Below, in pieces: positions 39,191 to 47,623 of a stretch of DNA of 64,000 nt. The DNA lies in assembly GCA_041690355.1 (NCBI GenBank), contig JAWLHK010000013.1:1-64000 (forward strand), given 5' to 3'. The notes beneath the pieces were generated by a model. That model was not told the origin of the DNA. It did no database searches and saw nothing but the letters and a program-made list of their open reading frames with translations. The translations under genes were made by a program, and so were the position numbers. Position 1 is the stretch's first letter; each line of letters begins with the position of its first letter. This DNA is from a bacterium (lineage in GTDB: Bacteria; J088; JAWLBW01).

Positions 39191-40251
39191 CAGTCCACGC
39201 TCCGCAGCCAGCGTTCGAGTTCGGGGTAGACGTCGCGGTGCGCGTCATTGCCCAGCTGCAGGTCGACGTGGCCGTAGTCGCCGTGATAGCCGTTGGCGCG
39301 CGAGAACACGATGACCTCCTTGCGCTCCGAGGCTGCCGCTTCCCAGGCGGGCATCACGTTGGCGACCGAGGCGAGATTGTCGAGCGCGCCGACGGCGACG
39401 AGAAACGGAGCCTGCAGGCGGCGCAGGCCGGCGACGTAATCGACGGATCCGTCGAGGCTCGTGAACCCCTGGCGCTGGAACGGTTTGGCGAGCTGGCGCA
39501 GCACGCCGCCGCGGATGTTACCGGTCGTGTTGTAGACGAGCTTCTGCACGGTTTCGCGGTCGAGATTGTCGAAATTCCACGTAATGCGTTCGAAGCGCGT
39601 ATCGAAGACGCCGACCAAGGGGGCGGCGGCGGGGACGAAGGCGTCTTCCCAGATCGTGAAGAGGCGGGGGCTCAGCCACCCGGCCTGACCCTGCGCCCAC
39701 TCCAGATAATCGGCATAGCCTTCGAACGTCACCGGCGCGCCGAGGCCAACGAGCGACTTCAGGCGGGCGTCGCCGAAGGTCGAGACGTAGCCGTACATCA
39801 CCATGCCGCCCATCGAGTGGCCGATCCAGTGCACCTGCGGAGTGCCGGTGCGCCGCGCGACTTCGTCGAGAATGGCGGGAATGTCCTGCGTGACGTAATC
39901 GTCGAAATCGAAGTCGGACAGCAGCGCGGGCGCCTTGCTCAAACCGACCCCGCGCAGATCGACGCTCCATACGTCCCAGCCGCGCGCCGCGAGGTAGCGG
40001 GGAAAAGATCGCTGCTCGTCGAGCGACCACATGCGCGCGTTGGCGCTGATGCCATGGCAGAGCACGATCGGCGTGTTGCGGGGCACGGTTCCCGGGCCCG
40101 GGCGGTAATGGTGCAGGGCGATCTGCCAGCCGTCGGGCGTCGTGGCGTAGACGACTTCATCACGAAGGGGCGCCGTCTTGAGCAGCGGATTCCACAGGCA
40201 GGCCTGCAACAGGAGAAACGGAAGAAGCAGGGCGGCGAACCGGACAGACAT
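39190..40251 (-). CDS. Alpha/beta hydrolase (lipase/esterase-like) lipoprotein
   Basis: Lipobox-like LQAC; LCHG, GHSMGG, DYGHVDL. Confidence 0.92.
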   Translation of the reverse strand: MSVRFAALLLPFLLLQACLWNPLLKTAPLRDEVVYATTPDGWQIALHHYRPGPGTVPRNTPIVLCHGISANARMWSLDEQRSFPRYLAARGWDVWSVDLRGVGLSKAPALLSDFDFDDYVTQDIPAILDEVARRTGTPQVHWIGHSMGGMVMYGYVSTFGDARLKSLVGLGAPVTFEGYADYLEWAQGQAGWLSPRLFTIWEDAFVPAAAPLVGVFDTRFERITWNFDNLDRETVQKLVYNTTGNIRGGVLRQLAKPFQRQGFTSLDGSVDYVAGLRRLQAPFLVAVGALDNLASVANVMPAWEAAASERKEVIVFSRANGYHGDYGHVDLQLGNDAHRDVYPELERWLRSVD

Positions 40252-40255
40252 GGGG

Positions 40256-40795
40256 TTACTCCTTGCGCAGCGCTGCGATGGCCGCCCGCACGTCGGCGCT
40301 GTTCTTGTGGCGCAGCAGGCCGAAGACGCGGCGCAGATCGCCCGGGGTGCCGATGCCGTGGGCGCGGGCGATCTTGAGAACCTTCCAGCCCCCTTTGAGC
40401 ACGATTTTCCAGTAGCCGTGGCGAAAGAGCTGGCCTACGCCGGCGATGACCCTGAGTTCGACCAGCCGCGACTCGTCGAGCAGAAAACAGCACTCGTAGA
40501 GCCGCGTGGCGAAGTCGCCGATTGTGGCGTCGTCGAGCTCCGTCATGTACGCGATGGCCCCCTCGGAAAAGACGAAGTCGAGGTCGGGGTTCGGCGGCTC
40601 GCCGGGCTCGAGCACCGAGCGCCCGCCGCGGCGAATCAGGCTCCAGACCTGATCATCGCCCGCGAACCGCAGGCGCGAGCAGACTCCGTCGGGCAGGGGG
40701 CGGGCGGCCTCGACCCAGGCCGGGTGATCGGCGAAGAAGGCGATCAGTTTCTCTTTGGCTTCCCGGGATACGGTCATGGTGTCGATGGTTGACAT
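40256..40795 (-). CDS. SCP2 sterol-carrier-like protein
   Basis: GEP..PDLDFVFSE pattern; first gene of the hydrolase operon; start chosen from a TATCAT box upstream. Confidence 0.55.
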   Translation of the reverse strand: MSTIDTMTVSREAKEKLIAFFADHPAWVEAARPLPDGVCSRLRFAGDDQVWSLIRRGGRSVLEPGEPPNPDLDFVFSEGAIAYMTELDDATIGDFATRLYECCFLLDESRLVELRVIAGVGQLFRHGYWKIVLKGGWKVLKIARAHGIGTPGDLRRVFGLLRHKNSADVRAAIAALRKE

Positions 40796-40869
40796 GGACG
40801 GATATGATACCCCCGTTTCGCGGGCGGTATCCACTTTCCCCCCGGAGCGTTCTTGAGTACAGTGAAGGA

Positions 40870-41385
40870 ATGCGCGCGCTCGCCGTGGGGGTTCTGGGGT
40901 TGGCGCTGGCCGGGTGCAGCATGCACGAGGGGGTCTACCGCATCGATCCGCGCTGGCCCCCGAATGTCATGCGCGTGCGCGTGGCCGGCGTGCTCGAGCG
41001 CGACGGGCGCTATTTCGTCGATGTCTATCCGGGCGATCCTCCTTCGGCCGAACTGTTCGGCGGTGGGCTGGAGGCCGACGAAACGCCGCGCGAGGCGCTT
41101 CGGCGGGAGTGGCGCGAAGAACTCGGCGTCGACATCGAAGTGGGGCCTCTGCTCATGGTCGTGCACCGCTCGTTTCTGCTCCGGGGCGTGCGGGTGAGTC
41201 AGGTCGAGCTGGTGTTTCGCATCGAGCGCGTGCGCAGGGTCGCTTCCTGGTCCCGCGAAGCAGACCATCGGCCTGCCTGGCTCGATCTGGACAGTCTGCG
41301 CGCGCTGCAGGCCCGTCCGGAGGCCTTGTTCGCCGCGTTGCCGCTCGACGGCGCAGATGTTTATCGGGAGGAGAGTTTACCGTGA
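40870..41385 (+). CDS. NUDIX hydrolase with lipoprotein signal peptide
   Basis: Nudix box GGLEADETPREALRREWREELG; N-terminal MRALAVGVLGLALAGC. Confidence 0.88.
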   Translation: MRALAVGVLGLALAGCSMHEGVYRIDPRWPPNVMRVRVAGVLERDGRYFVDVYPGDPPSAELFGGGLEADETPREALRREWREELGVDIEVGPLLMVVHRSFLLRGVRVSQVELVFRIERVRRVASWSREADHRPAWLDLDSLRALQARPEALFAALPLDGADVYREESLP

Positions 41386-41873
41386 CCGCATTGGAAGATT
41401 TCGATCTCGAAGGCCTCGTCCGGGCCTTCTCGGATTACCGGCGCGACAAGTTTGAATACGTGCTCGACATTGAGACCGGGCGTGTGCACTTCATTCCCCT
41501 CGGCGTACTGCGCGAGGCCGAAGAAGGGCGCCTGCAGACGGCGGGCATGTCGCCGCAGGATGCCGAAAAGGCCGAGGTCGCGCGCCGCTTCATCGACGAT
41601 CTGAGCGGCCGGTACGAGCTGGTTCCCTTCGTTGAAGAGGAATCGATTGCCGAGTGGGAGCGTGAGTTTCTCGCCGAGCACGGCGCCACGGAGCTCACGG
41701 CAGAGCTCAAGCTCGAGTGGGAGCAGTACCGCATCACGCTTCTTCAGGATGAGATTCAGTTCTGGCTTGACGAAACGGGGATTCTCGAAGAAGGCGAAGA
41801 GAGCTGGCTCGACGAAGACCTGACCGACGACGCCATGAACGACGAGGACTACGGCGAGGATACCGAATCCTGA
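41382..41873 (+). CDS. UPF0158-like acidic protein
   Basis: DLEGLV.AF...EYVLD.ETG.V; RYELVP; W..Y...WL pattern. Confidence 0.7.
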   Translation: MTALEDFDLEGLVRAFSDYRRDKFEYVLDIETGRVHFIPLGVLREAEEGRLQTAGMSPQDAEKAEVARRFIDDLSGRYELVPFVEEESIAEWEREFLAEHGATELTAELKLEWEQYRITLLQDEIQFWLDETGILEEGEESWLDEDLTDDAMNDEDYGEDTES

Positions 41874-41881
41874 AAATGCCG

Positions 41882-41905
41882 GCCACGAAGGGATTTCTTC
41901 ATGGC
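41882..41905 (-). terminator. Hairpin terminator at the 3' end of the putative ncRNA
   Basis: Minus strand GCCAUGAAG/CUUCGUGGC stem (G-U pair), then ...auuuu. Confidence 0.5.
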
Positions 41906-41909
41906 TTCT

Positions 41910-42104
41910 CCGCTCGCCCTGAGGAGCCGGGCTTGAGAATCCTGCTGCTCCGGAGATACCTGGACCCCAGGGGTATCCGCGCCGGCATCTCGAAGGGTCA
42001 GCGGAACATGAGTACCCTCTTCAAGAGCTGAGCGTTCACCGATTCAGGTGTCGCGAGCAGGAGTTAAAAGGTATGGCCCTTCGACGAGCTCTCAGGCCGA
42101 ACGG
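41910..42104 (-). ncRNA. Rod-shaped ~195-nt structured RNA, 6S RNA-like
   Basis: Closing stem CCGUUCGGCCUGAGAGC / GCUCCUCAGGGCGAGCGG, central bubble, inner stem UCCUGCUCGC/GCAGCAGGA; no ORF. Confidence 0.55.
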
Positions 42105-42147
42105 TCACGCGCTAAACCTGTTTTGGACACGACTGGTCTGCCATCTG

Positions 42148-42861
42148 TCATTCTGAGCGGGTTTTGCGCTCGCTGATCCACTGCACCTGGTGCCAGATGC
42201 CGCGCAGGACCTGGACGTCCTTGCGCGTGAGCCCGTTGCGCGTGAACATCTGCCGCAGCAGCACGCGGACGTGTTTTCCCTGTCCCGGATGCAGAAAATC
42301 GATAGCCTCCAGGGCCGACTCCATCTGCGCAATCATCGGCTCGACCACCTCGCGCGGCGCCAGCTCGGGCGGCCGCTCGTACGGCCGGCTCGTCAACGCG
42401 CGGCGGAACTCCCAGGCGGTGACCCCCACGGCGTGGGAGAGGTTGAGCGACGTATAATCGACCGTCGGGATGGTGACCACCCGTTCGCACGCAAGAAGCT
42501 CCTCGTCGCTCAGACCGGATTTCTCGTTGCCGAAGAGAATGGCCGCCCGCGACCACTGCGCCGCCGTGAACGTCGGCGCGGCCTGGTCGATCGGCTCCAG
42601 GCGCCAGCGTTTGCGTTTCAGGGCCGTTGTGCCGATGACGAAGCTGCGGTCGGCCAGGGCCGCTTCGAGCGTGTCGAAGAACTGGAGTCGGTCGACCTCG
42701 GCTTCGCAGCCGGCCGCCATGCGCCGGGCCTCGTCGGGGGCGAAGCGGTACATGTCGACGATTCGCGGAGGCGCGAACCCGAAGTTGCGCAGGGCGCGCA
42801 CGGCCATGCCGACGTTGCCGGAGTTACGGGGCCGCACGAGAACGAACTGTACATCAGCCAT
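42148..42861 (-). CDS. trmJ: tRNA (C32/U32-2'-O)-methyltransferase, SPOUT TrmJ/LasT family
   Basis: FVLVRP..SGNVG.AVRA..NFG; FGNEKSGL; SLNLSHAV. Confidence 0.9.
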   Translation of the reverse strand: MADVQFVLVRPRNSGNVGMAVRALRNFGFAPPRIVDMYRFAPDEARRMAAGCEAEVDRLQFFDTLEAALADRSFVIGTTALKRKRWRLEPIDQAAPTFTAAQWSRAAILFGNEKSGLSDEELLACERVVTIPTVDYTSLNLSHAVGVTAWEFRRALTSRPYERPPELAPREVVEPMIAQMESALEAIDFLHPGQGKHVRVLLRQMFTRNGLTRKDVQVLRGIWHQVQWISERKTRSE

Positions 42862-42870
42862 CAGAAAGAA

Positions 42871-43033
42871 TTTGCGAGTGACGTGTGACGAGTGACGAAT
42901 TACGAGTGACGAGTGAGAACCCTCGGCTGCCGCAGGGGCACGTAGGTGGCGCTCGGCGCCTGGCGCTTCAGAACAACCGGGGGACCTGCGACTGAATCCT
43001 GGGGACCGGCGACTGAGGACTGACGATTACTGA
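42871..43033. repeat. Three-module heptamer tract (GTGACGA)n-(TGGCGCT)n-(CTGAGGA-like)n
   Basis: gtgacgt gtgacga gtgacga attacga gtgacga; tggcgct cggcgcc tggcgct; ctgggga ccggcga ctgagga ctgacga. Confidence 0.85.
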
Positions 43034-43113
43034 CCGGCGCCCCCCGGACATCCCGTGCACCGTGTCTCGGGCACGGTATAATATAGCCGGCCGAACGTCA
43101 ACTCGACTCCCAC

Positions 43114-44295
43114 ATGCCGACCCCCTTCGCACGCAACTTTCCGCCGTCTCTGGCCCGCCTGTTGACCTCGGGCCGGGGGCTCACGGCCGCCGTCGTGCTG
43201 GCGACGCTGTTCCTTTTCATCCTGGGGCAGCTCTTCGTGCTCTCGGCCAGCCGGCCCCACGACTCTTCGCACTACGGTGACGCCCTCTATTCCATGCGCA
43301 TCCACTTCGCGCAGGGGATGATCGCGCTGGTGCTCGTCGGACTGTCGTCGCTGCTGCAGGTCGATCGCCTGCGCAGATGGGGTCCCTGGCTTGCCCTCCC
43401 GGCGTTTGCCTTCGCGCTCCTCCCCTTCGTTCCCGGATTCGGCATCCGCTCCGGCGGGGCCCTGCGCGACGCGTCGCTGTGGGGCTTCGTCTGGCAACCG
43501 GGGCCGATTCTCGTCGTCGCCCTGCTCGTCTGGACGGCGGCGATATTCTCCCGCCGCCCGCTCGGCCGCCTGCGCCGGTACGGCGCGATGTTGCTCGTCT
43601 CGGCGGCCATGCTCATCGCCGTGCTGCAACCTGATTTCTCGCTCATTGCGCTGCTGCTGGTGCCCGTTGCCGCGCAGGCCTGGCGGGCGGGCATCCGCGG
43701 CAAGCGGGCAGTACGGCTCGTTCTGCTGCTGACGGGGCTCGTCGTGCTGCTCGGCGTGCTGCACCCCTACATCGGCCGGCGCGTCGGCGGCTGGCTCGAT
43801 CCGAGCGGTACCCGCTACGACGCGGGCCGCGACTACGTCCTGCTCGAGAAGGGGACCCATGCGGGCGGCTGGACCGGCGTCGGCTACGGTCGCGGCCAAC
43901 ACGTGGTGCGTACGCGCAATGCAAAAGACGATTATCTGTTCGCGCACCTGATTGAAGAGACGGGGCTCCTGCGCGCCTTTCCGGTGCTGCTGCTGTACCT
44001 CCCCGTGCTGCTCGTCGGCATCCGCATCGGGTGGGTGGCGCGCAACCGGTTCGTCGCGCTCCTCGGCATCGGCCTGGCGGGATTCATTCTGACGGCCGTG
44101 GGCGTCCACGTCGCGGTCAACCTGCGGCTCATGCCGGTGACGGCGATTCACCTGCCGTTTCTGAGCTTCGGCGGATCGACGCTCGTGGCGACCGCGTTGG
44201 CGCTGGGCCTGCTGCTCTCGGCGAATCGAACGGTGGCGCAGACGTCGCCCGAAGGTCCCGAAGAGGACACGGGAAACCACGTCGCCCTGCGCTGA
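43114..44295 (+). CDS. Divergent SEDS family protein (FtsW/RodA/SpoVE)
   Basis: QPDF, GWLDP, GGWTGVGYG.G, DYLFAHLIEE.G, LPFLSFGGS. Confidence 0.88.
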   Translation: MPTPFARNFPPSLARLLTSGRGLTAAVVLATLFLFILGQLFVLSASRPHDSSHYGDALYSMRIHFAQGMIALVLVGLSSLLQVDRLRRWGPWLALPAFAFALLPFVPGFGIRSGGALRDASLWGFVWQPGPILVVALLVWTAAIFSRRPLGRLRRYGAMLLVSAAMLIAVLQPDFSLIALLLVPVAAQAWRAGIRGKRAVRLVLLLTGLVVLLGVLHPYIGRRVGGWLDPSGTRYDAGRDYVLLEKGTHAGGWTGVGYGRGQHVVRTRNAKDDYLFAHLIEETGLLRAFPVLLLYLPVLLVGIRIGWVARNRFVALLGIGLAGFILTAVGVHVAVNLRLMPVTAIHLPFLSFGGSTLVATALALGLLLSANRTVAQTSPEGPEEDTGNHVALR

Positions 44296-44297
44296 CC

Positions 44298-47200
44298 TCA
44301 AGCGCGGCGGGAGGCGCGCTTCCCCAGAATCCGCACAGCCGACAGAGCAAGCAGCAACAGGAGCGCGGGCATTTCGGCCGTCGCGCTGCGGCATCCGGCG
44401 CGCACAGTCGGCGGGGCGGCACGGGGCGCGAAGGTCATCCCGTGTGCGCCGTCGCGGGCGGCGGTCCGTGCATACTGCGGCCACTGCGCGTCGGCCATGC
44501 GCCCCTTCGTCTGCCAGGCGAAGATCTGGCCGTTGCGCGTGGCCTGCACGAGCGTCGCCCGGCCGTCGCCGTCCAGATCGGCGAGCACCGGGGTCGCGAT
44601 GAGCCACGAACCGGTGAATTTCGGCCAGCCGGCAGAGTCCTTGCCGTCGGCGCGATAGGCGTGCACGTAGTAACCGGAGCTGCCCGCGATCACCTCGGGG
44701 CGCCCGTCGCCGTCGACGTCGCCGATCAGGGGATTGGTCACCATGGCCCAGCCTTCGATGCGGCGCGGGTAGTAGGGGAGAAACTTTCCGTCGGCGCTCC
44801 AGCCGGTGACCAGATGGTCGACCTCGGGAACCCGCCCGTCGGCCATTTTTTCGGCCAGCGTGTTCGCGACCAGCTCGCCGAGACCCATGCCGGCGGCGAA
44901 GATTTCGGGAACTCCGTCGCCGTCGATATCGCCGACCGAAGCGAGCGAATTCGTCCACCCGGCGAGCAGCGGCTCGTCGGTGTTGTTGCCCCGCGCGAAT
45001 TCGGCCTGATTCCTGGCCAGCAGGCGCACGTCGGACGTCCCCGACCAGATTGCGCCGATGCCGCCGAAGCCGCCGGCGATGATCTCCAGTGCGCCGTCAC
45101 CATCGAGATCGACGACCGTGACGCCGCCTGAAATCCCTTCGCCCAGAATGGGGAGTCCGAAAGGGGCCACGATGGTCGGCATGGCCCGGTTCCCCACGAA
45201 CGGTCCGCCGGGGGCCGCATTTCCGCGGCCGTCGACGGCATAGAGATAGCCGATGACGCCCCGGCGAATCTCGTTCGTGCCGATGACGATGTCGACCTGG
45301 CCGTCGCCGTTCACATCGCCCACCGCCGGCGCGCTCGCGGCCGGCTTCGGCCGCTCGGCCCCCGACGCCGCGTCGTCCTGCGTCCACTCGTCGCTCAGGT
45401 GCACGGGGAAGCCGGGGCGCGGGCGGCCGTCGGCATTCCACACGTACAACTGCTGGTCCTGCGCGCCGGCGATGACTTCAAGCGTGCCGTCGTCATCGAG
45501 ATCGGCGAGTACGGCGGGGCCATAGAGGCGCGCGCGGGTCTTTTCTTCTCCGGGGTACCGCGAGAGGCCCGTACGCGCCGGGGCAGTCCAGAATGCCGTA
45601 CCATCGGCGCGAAGGGCGTGCACTTCGCCGAGCAGGCCGGGGACGACGACTTCGGTTCTCCCGTCGCCATCCAGATCGCCGGCCGCGGGGGCGCCGAGAA
45701 TCGGCATGCCGCGGGGCAGGTCGCGCAGCTCGGCCGGAAGTCCCGCGCCGTCGAACGCCGGCAGCGCATAGGACCAGCGTACCGAACCGTCGCCATTCAG
45801 GGCGCGTACGATACCGGCGCTGTCGGCGGCGACGATCTCGTCCTTGCCGTCGCCGTCCAGATCGACGGCGAGCAGCGAGCCCTCGAAGCTCGAATCGAAG
45901 TCGAGCGGAAATCCAGGCCGCGTGTCGGGATCGCGATGCACGAAAAAGGTGAGGCGATCCTCCCCTTCCAGACCGGTGGTCTGGTCGGTGACGACGAGGC
46001 GTACCGTGATGGAATGACTCTGCGGATTCCCGATTTCCGAGAGCGGGTCGACTTGTGGCGGCGGGAGAAGCTTCGCTGTTTCGACGACCGCCCCCGGAAG
46101 ATCGCCGTCGAGCGCCGTGGCCGACCTCCCGTCGGCAATCCGGTTCCACGTGGCGGGGGGAATTCCCGATCCCCACTCGGCACGCCAGGCGAGCGCATGG
46201 CCGTTGCGTCCGGCGACGCGGCCGCGCAGGGTCAACGTGGGGGTGCGCACCGGGTCGACGACGTGGAACCAGGCGGGGAACTCCAGATCTGCGACGGGGG
46301 GGATTTTCCCCTCCACGACGGCGCGCACGGCGGCGGCCGCGTCGATGCGGCCGTAGCCCGTGAAGGGATCCCAGCCGGGGACAGCCCCCCACTTGGTTCC
46401 CCGAATGTCGGTCGCGGTCATCCGGAGCACCTGGAAGACCTCGTCGGCGCCCAGCGGGGTACCGTGCCGGCGCGCCGCCGCGTGAACGAGCGCGGCGGTG
46501 GCCGCCAGGTGAGGGGTCGCGCTGCTGGTGCCCCCTTCGCGGCGCGTTCCGGTGCGATCTTCGAACGGGCGCATCGTCCACGTATCGGTCGGCGCGGCGA
46601 ACATGAGATGGGCGCCGTAGTCGGTCGTGTTGTTCTTCTCGGTGTACATGCCTTCGCGCGAGGCGGCTTCGATGACCGAGCCCACGGCGTAGACGGAATC
46701 GATGACGGCGGGAAATTCGTGATGGTAGTGGCTCTCGTTTCCGCTGGCGGCGGCGCTCACGACCCCCCGGTCGCGGGCGTAGCGGAAGGCGGCTTCGAGA
46801 AACGCAGAACGGCCGGTGGCCCCCAGGCTCATGTTGATGCTGTCGGCGCCGTGATCGGCGCAGTAGACGGCGGCCCGCGCCAGGGTGTCGTTCGTGTGCA
46901 GAATCGAATCGCCGACGCGCACGGGCAGAAGGCGCGCTTCGGGGGCGATGCCGGCCAGCCCGACGCCGTTGTCGGCCTCGGCGACGAGAATGCCGGCGCG
47001 TCCGCTGCCGTGGCCGTTCTGCCAGAGATCGTAGGCGTCGTCGTCGTCATCGTCGAAGTCCCAGCCGGCCAGATTGTCGACGAAGCCGTCGCCGTCGTCG
47101 TCGATGCCGTTGCGGAAGTGGAGAAGCAGATCGGCCACCGTAAGCAACGCCGGATCGAGCACGAACGTGTTGCCGGCAATGTCTGTGGTCGCCGCATCAA

Positions 47201-47483
47201 AGTCTTCGAGCCCGAGAACGCCGTCGGCGCCCGCGGTGATCCAGGCGGGGAACTCGGTGGGATTCAGGGCGATGCGGTTGCGCACCTCCTCGTGCAGGTA
47301 ATCGATGCCGTCATCGAGTACGCAGATGACGGCGCCGTGGCCGCGGGTTACCGCCCAGGCGCCGACGGCGTCGATGCCGACGGCGTGCAGGTTCGTCTGT
47401 TCCGCAAAGAGGGGATCGTTGGTGGCAAGCGCCGGCGCGGCGGCCGATACGCCGAGAAACAGGAGGGCTGGGAGGATACGCAT
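44298..47483 (-). CDS. Secreted S8 subtilase with FG-GAP repeats and a C-terminal GC-TM-basic sorting tail
   Basis: Catalytic LDDG / GHGS / GTSSATPH; many DLDGDG repeats; tail AGCRS...LLLLLAL..RASRRA. Confidence 0.92.
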   Translation of the reverse strand: MRILPALLFLGVSAAAPALATNDPLFAEQTNLHAVGIDAVGAWAVTRGHGAVICVLDDGIDYLHEEVRNRIALNPTEFPAWITAGADGVLGLEDFDAATTDIAGNTFVLDPALLTVADLLLHFRNGIDDDGDGFVDNLAGWDFDDDDDDAYDLWQNGHGSGRAGILVAEADNGVGLAGIAPEARLLPVRVGDSILHTNDTLARAAVYCADHGADSINMSLGATGRSAFLEAAFRYARDRGVVSAAASGNESHYHHEFPAVIDSVYAVGSVIEAASREGMYTEKNNTTDYGAHLMFAAPTDTWTMRPFEDRTGTRREGGTSSATPHLAATAALVHAAARRHGTPLGADEVFQVLRMTATDIRGTKWGAVPGWDPFTGYGRIDAAAAVRAVVEGKIPPVADLEFPAWFHVVDPVRTPTLTLRGRVAGRNGHALAWRAEWGSGIPPATWNRIADGRSATALDGDLPGAVVETAKLLPPPQVDPLSEIGNPQSHSITVRLVVTDQTTGLEGEDRLTFFVHRDPDTRPGFPLDFDSSFEGSLLAVDLDGDGKDEIVAADSAGIVRALNGDGSVRWSYALPAFDGAGLPAELRDLPRGMPILGAPAAGDLDGDGRTEVVVPGLLGEVHALRADGTAFWTAPARTGLSRYPGEEKTRARLYGPAVLADLDDDGTLEVIAGAQDQQLYVWNADGRPRPGFPVHLSDEWTQDDAASGAERPKPAASAPAVGDVNGDGQVDIVIGTNEIRRGVIGYLYAVDGRGNAAPGGPFVGNRAMPTIVAPFGLPILGEGISGGVTVVDLDGDGALEIIAGGFGGIGAIWSGTSDVRLLARNQAEFARGNNTDEPLLAGWTNSLASVGDIDGDGVPEIFAAGMGLGELVANTLAEKMADGRVPEVDHLVTGWSADGKFLPYYPRRIEGWAMVTNPLIGDVDGDGRPEVIAGSSGYYVHAYRADGKDSAGWPKFTGSWLIATPVLADLDGDGRATLVQATRNGQIFAWQTKGRMADAQWPQYARTAARDGAHGMTFAPRAAPPTVRAGCRSATAEMPALLLLLALSAVRILGKRASRRA

Positions 47484-47563
47484 GGAAGATACTCTACCCC
47501 GGCGCCCCCCGATCTCCAAGCCGCCCGGGAGGGGGCCCTGTTCCCCGCCTTGTTCTTGCTTCC

Positions 47564-47591
47564 TCAGGAATTAGGAATCAGGAATCAGGCA
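47564..47591. repeat. Heptamer tract (TCAGGAA)4
   Basis: tcaggaa ttaggaa tcaggaa tcaggca. Confidence 0.75.
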
Positions 47592-47623
47592 TGCCGCGAA
47601 GCGGCTTGCGGTAAACTGAGCGC

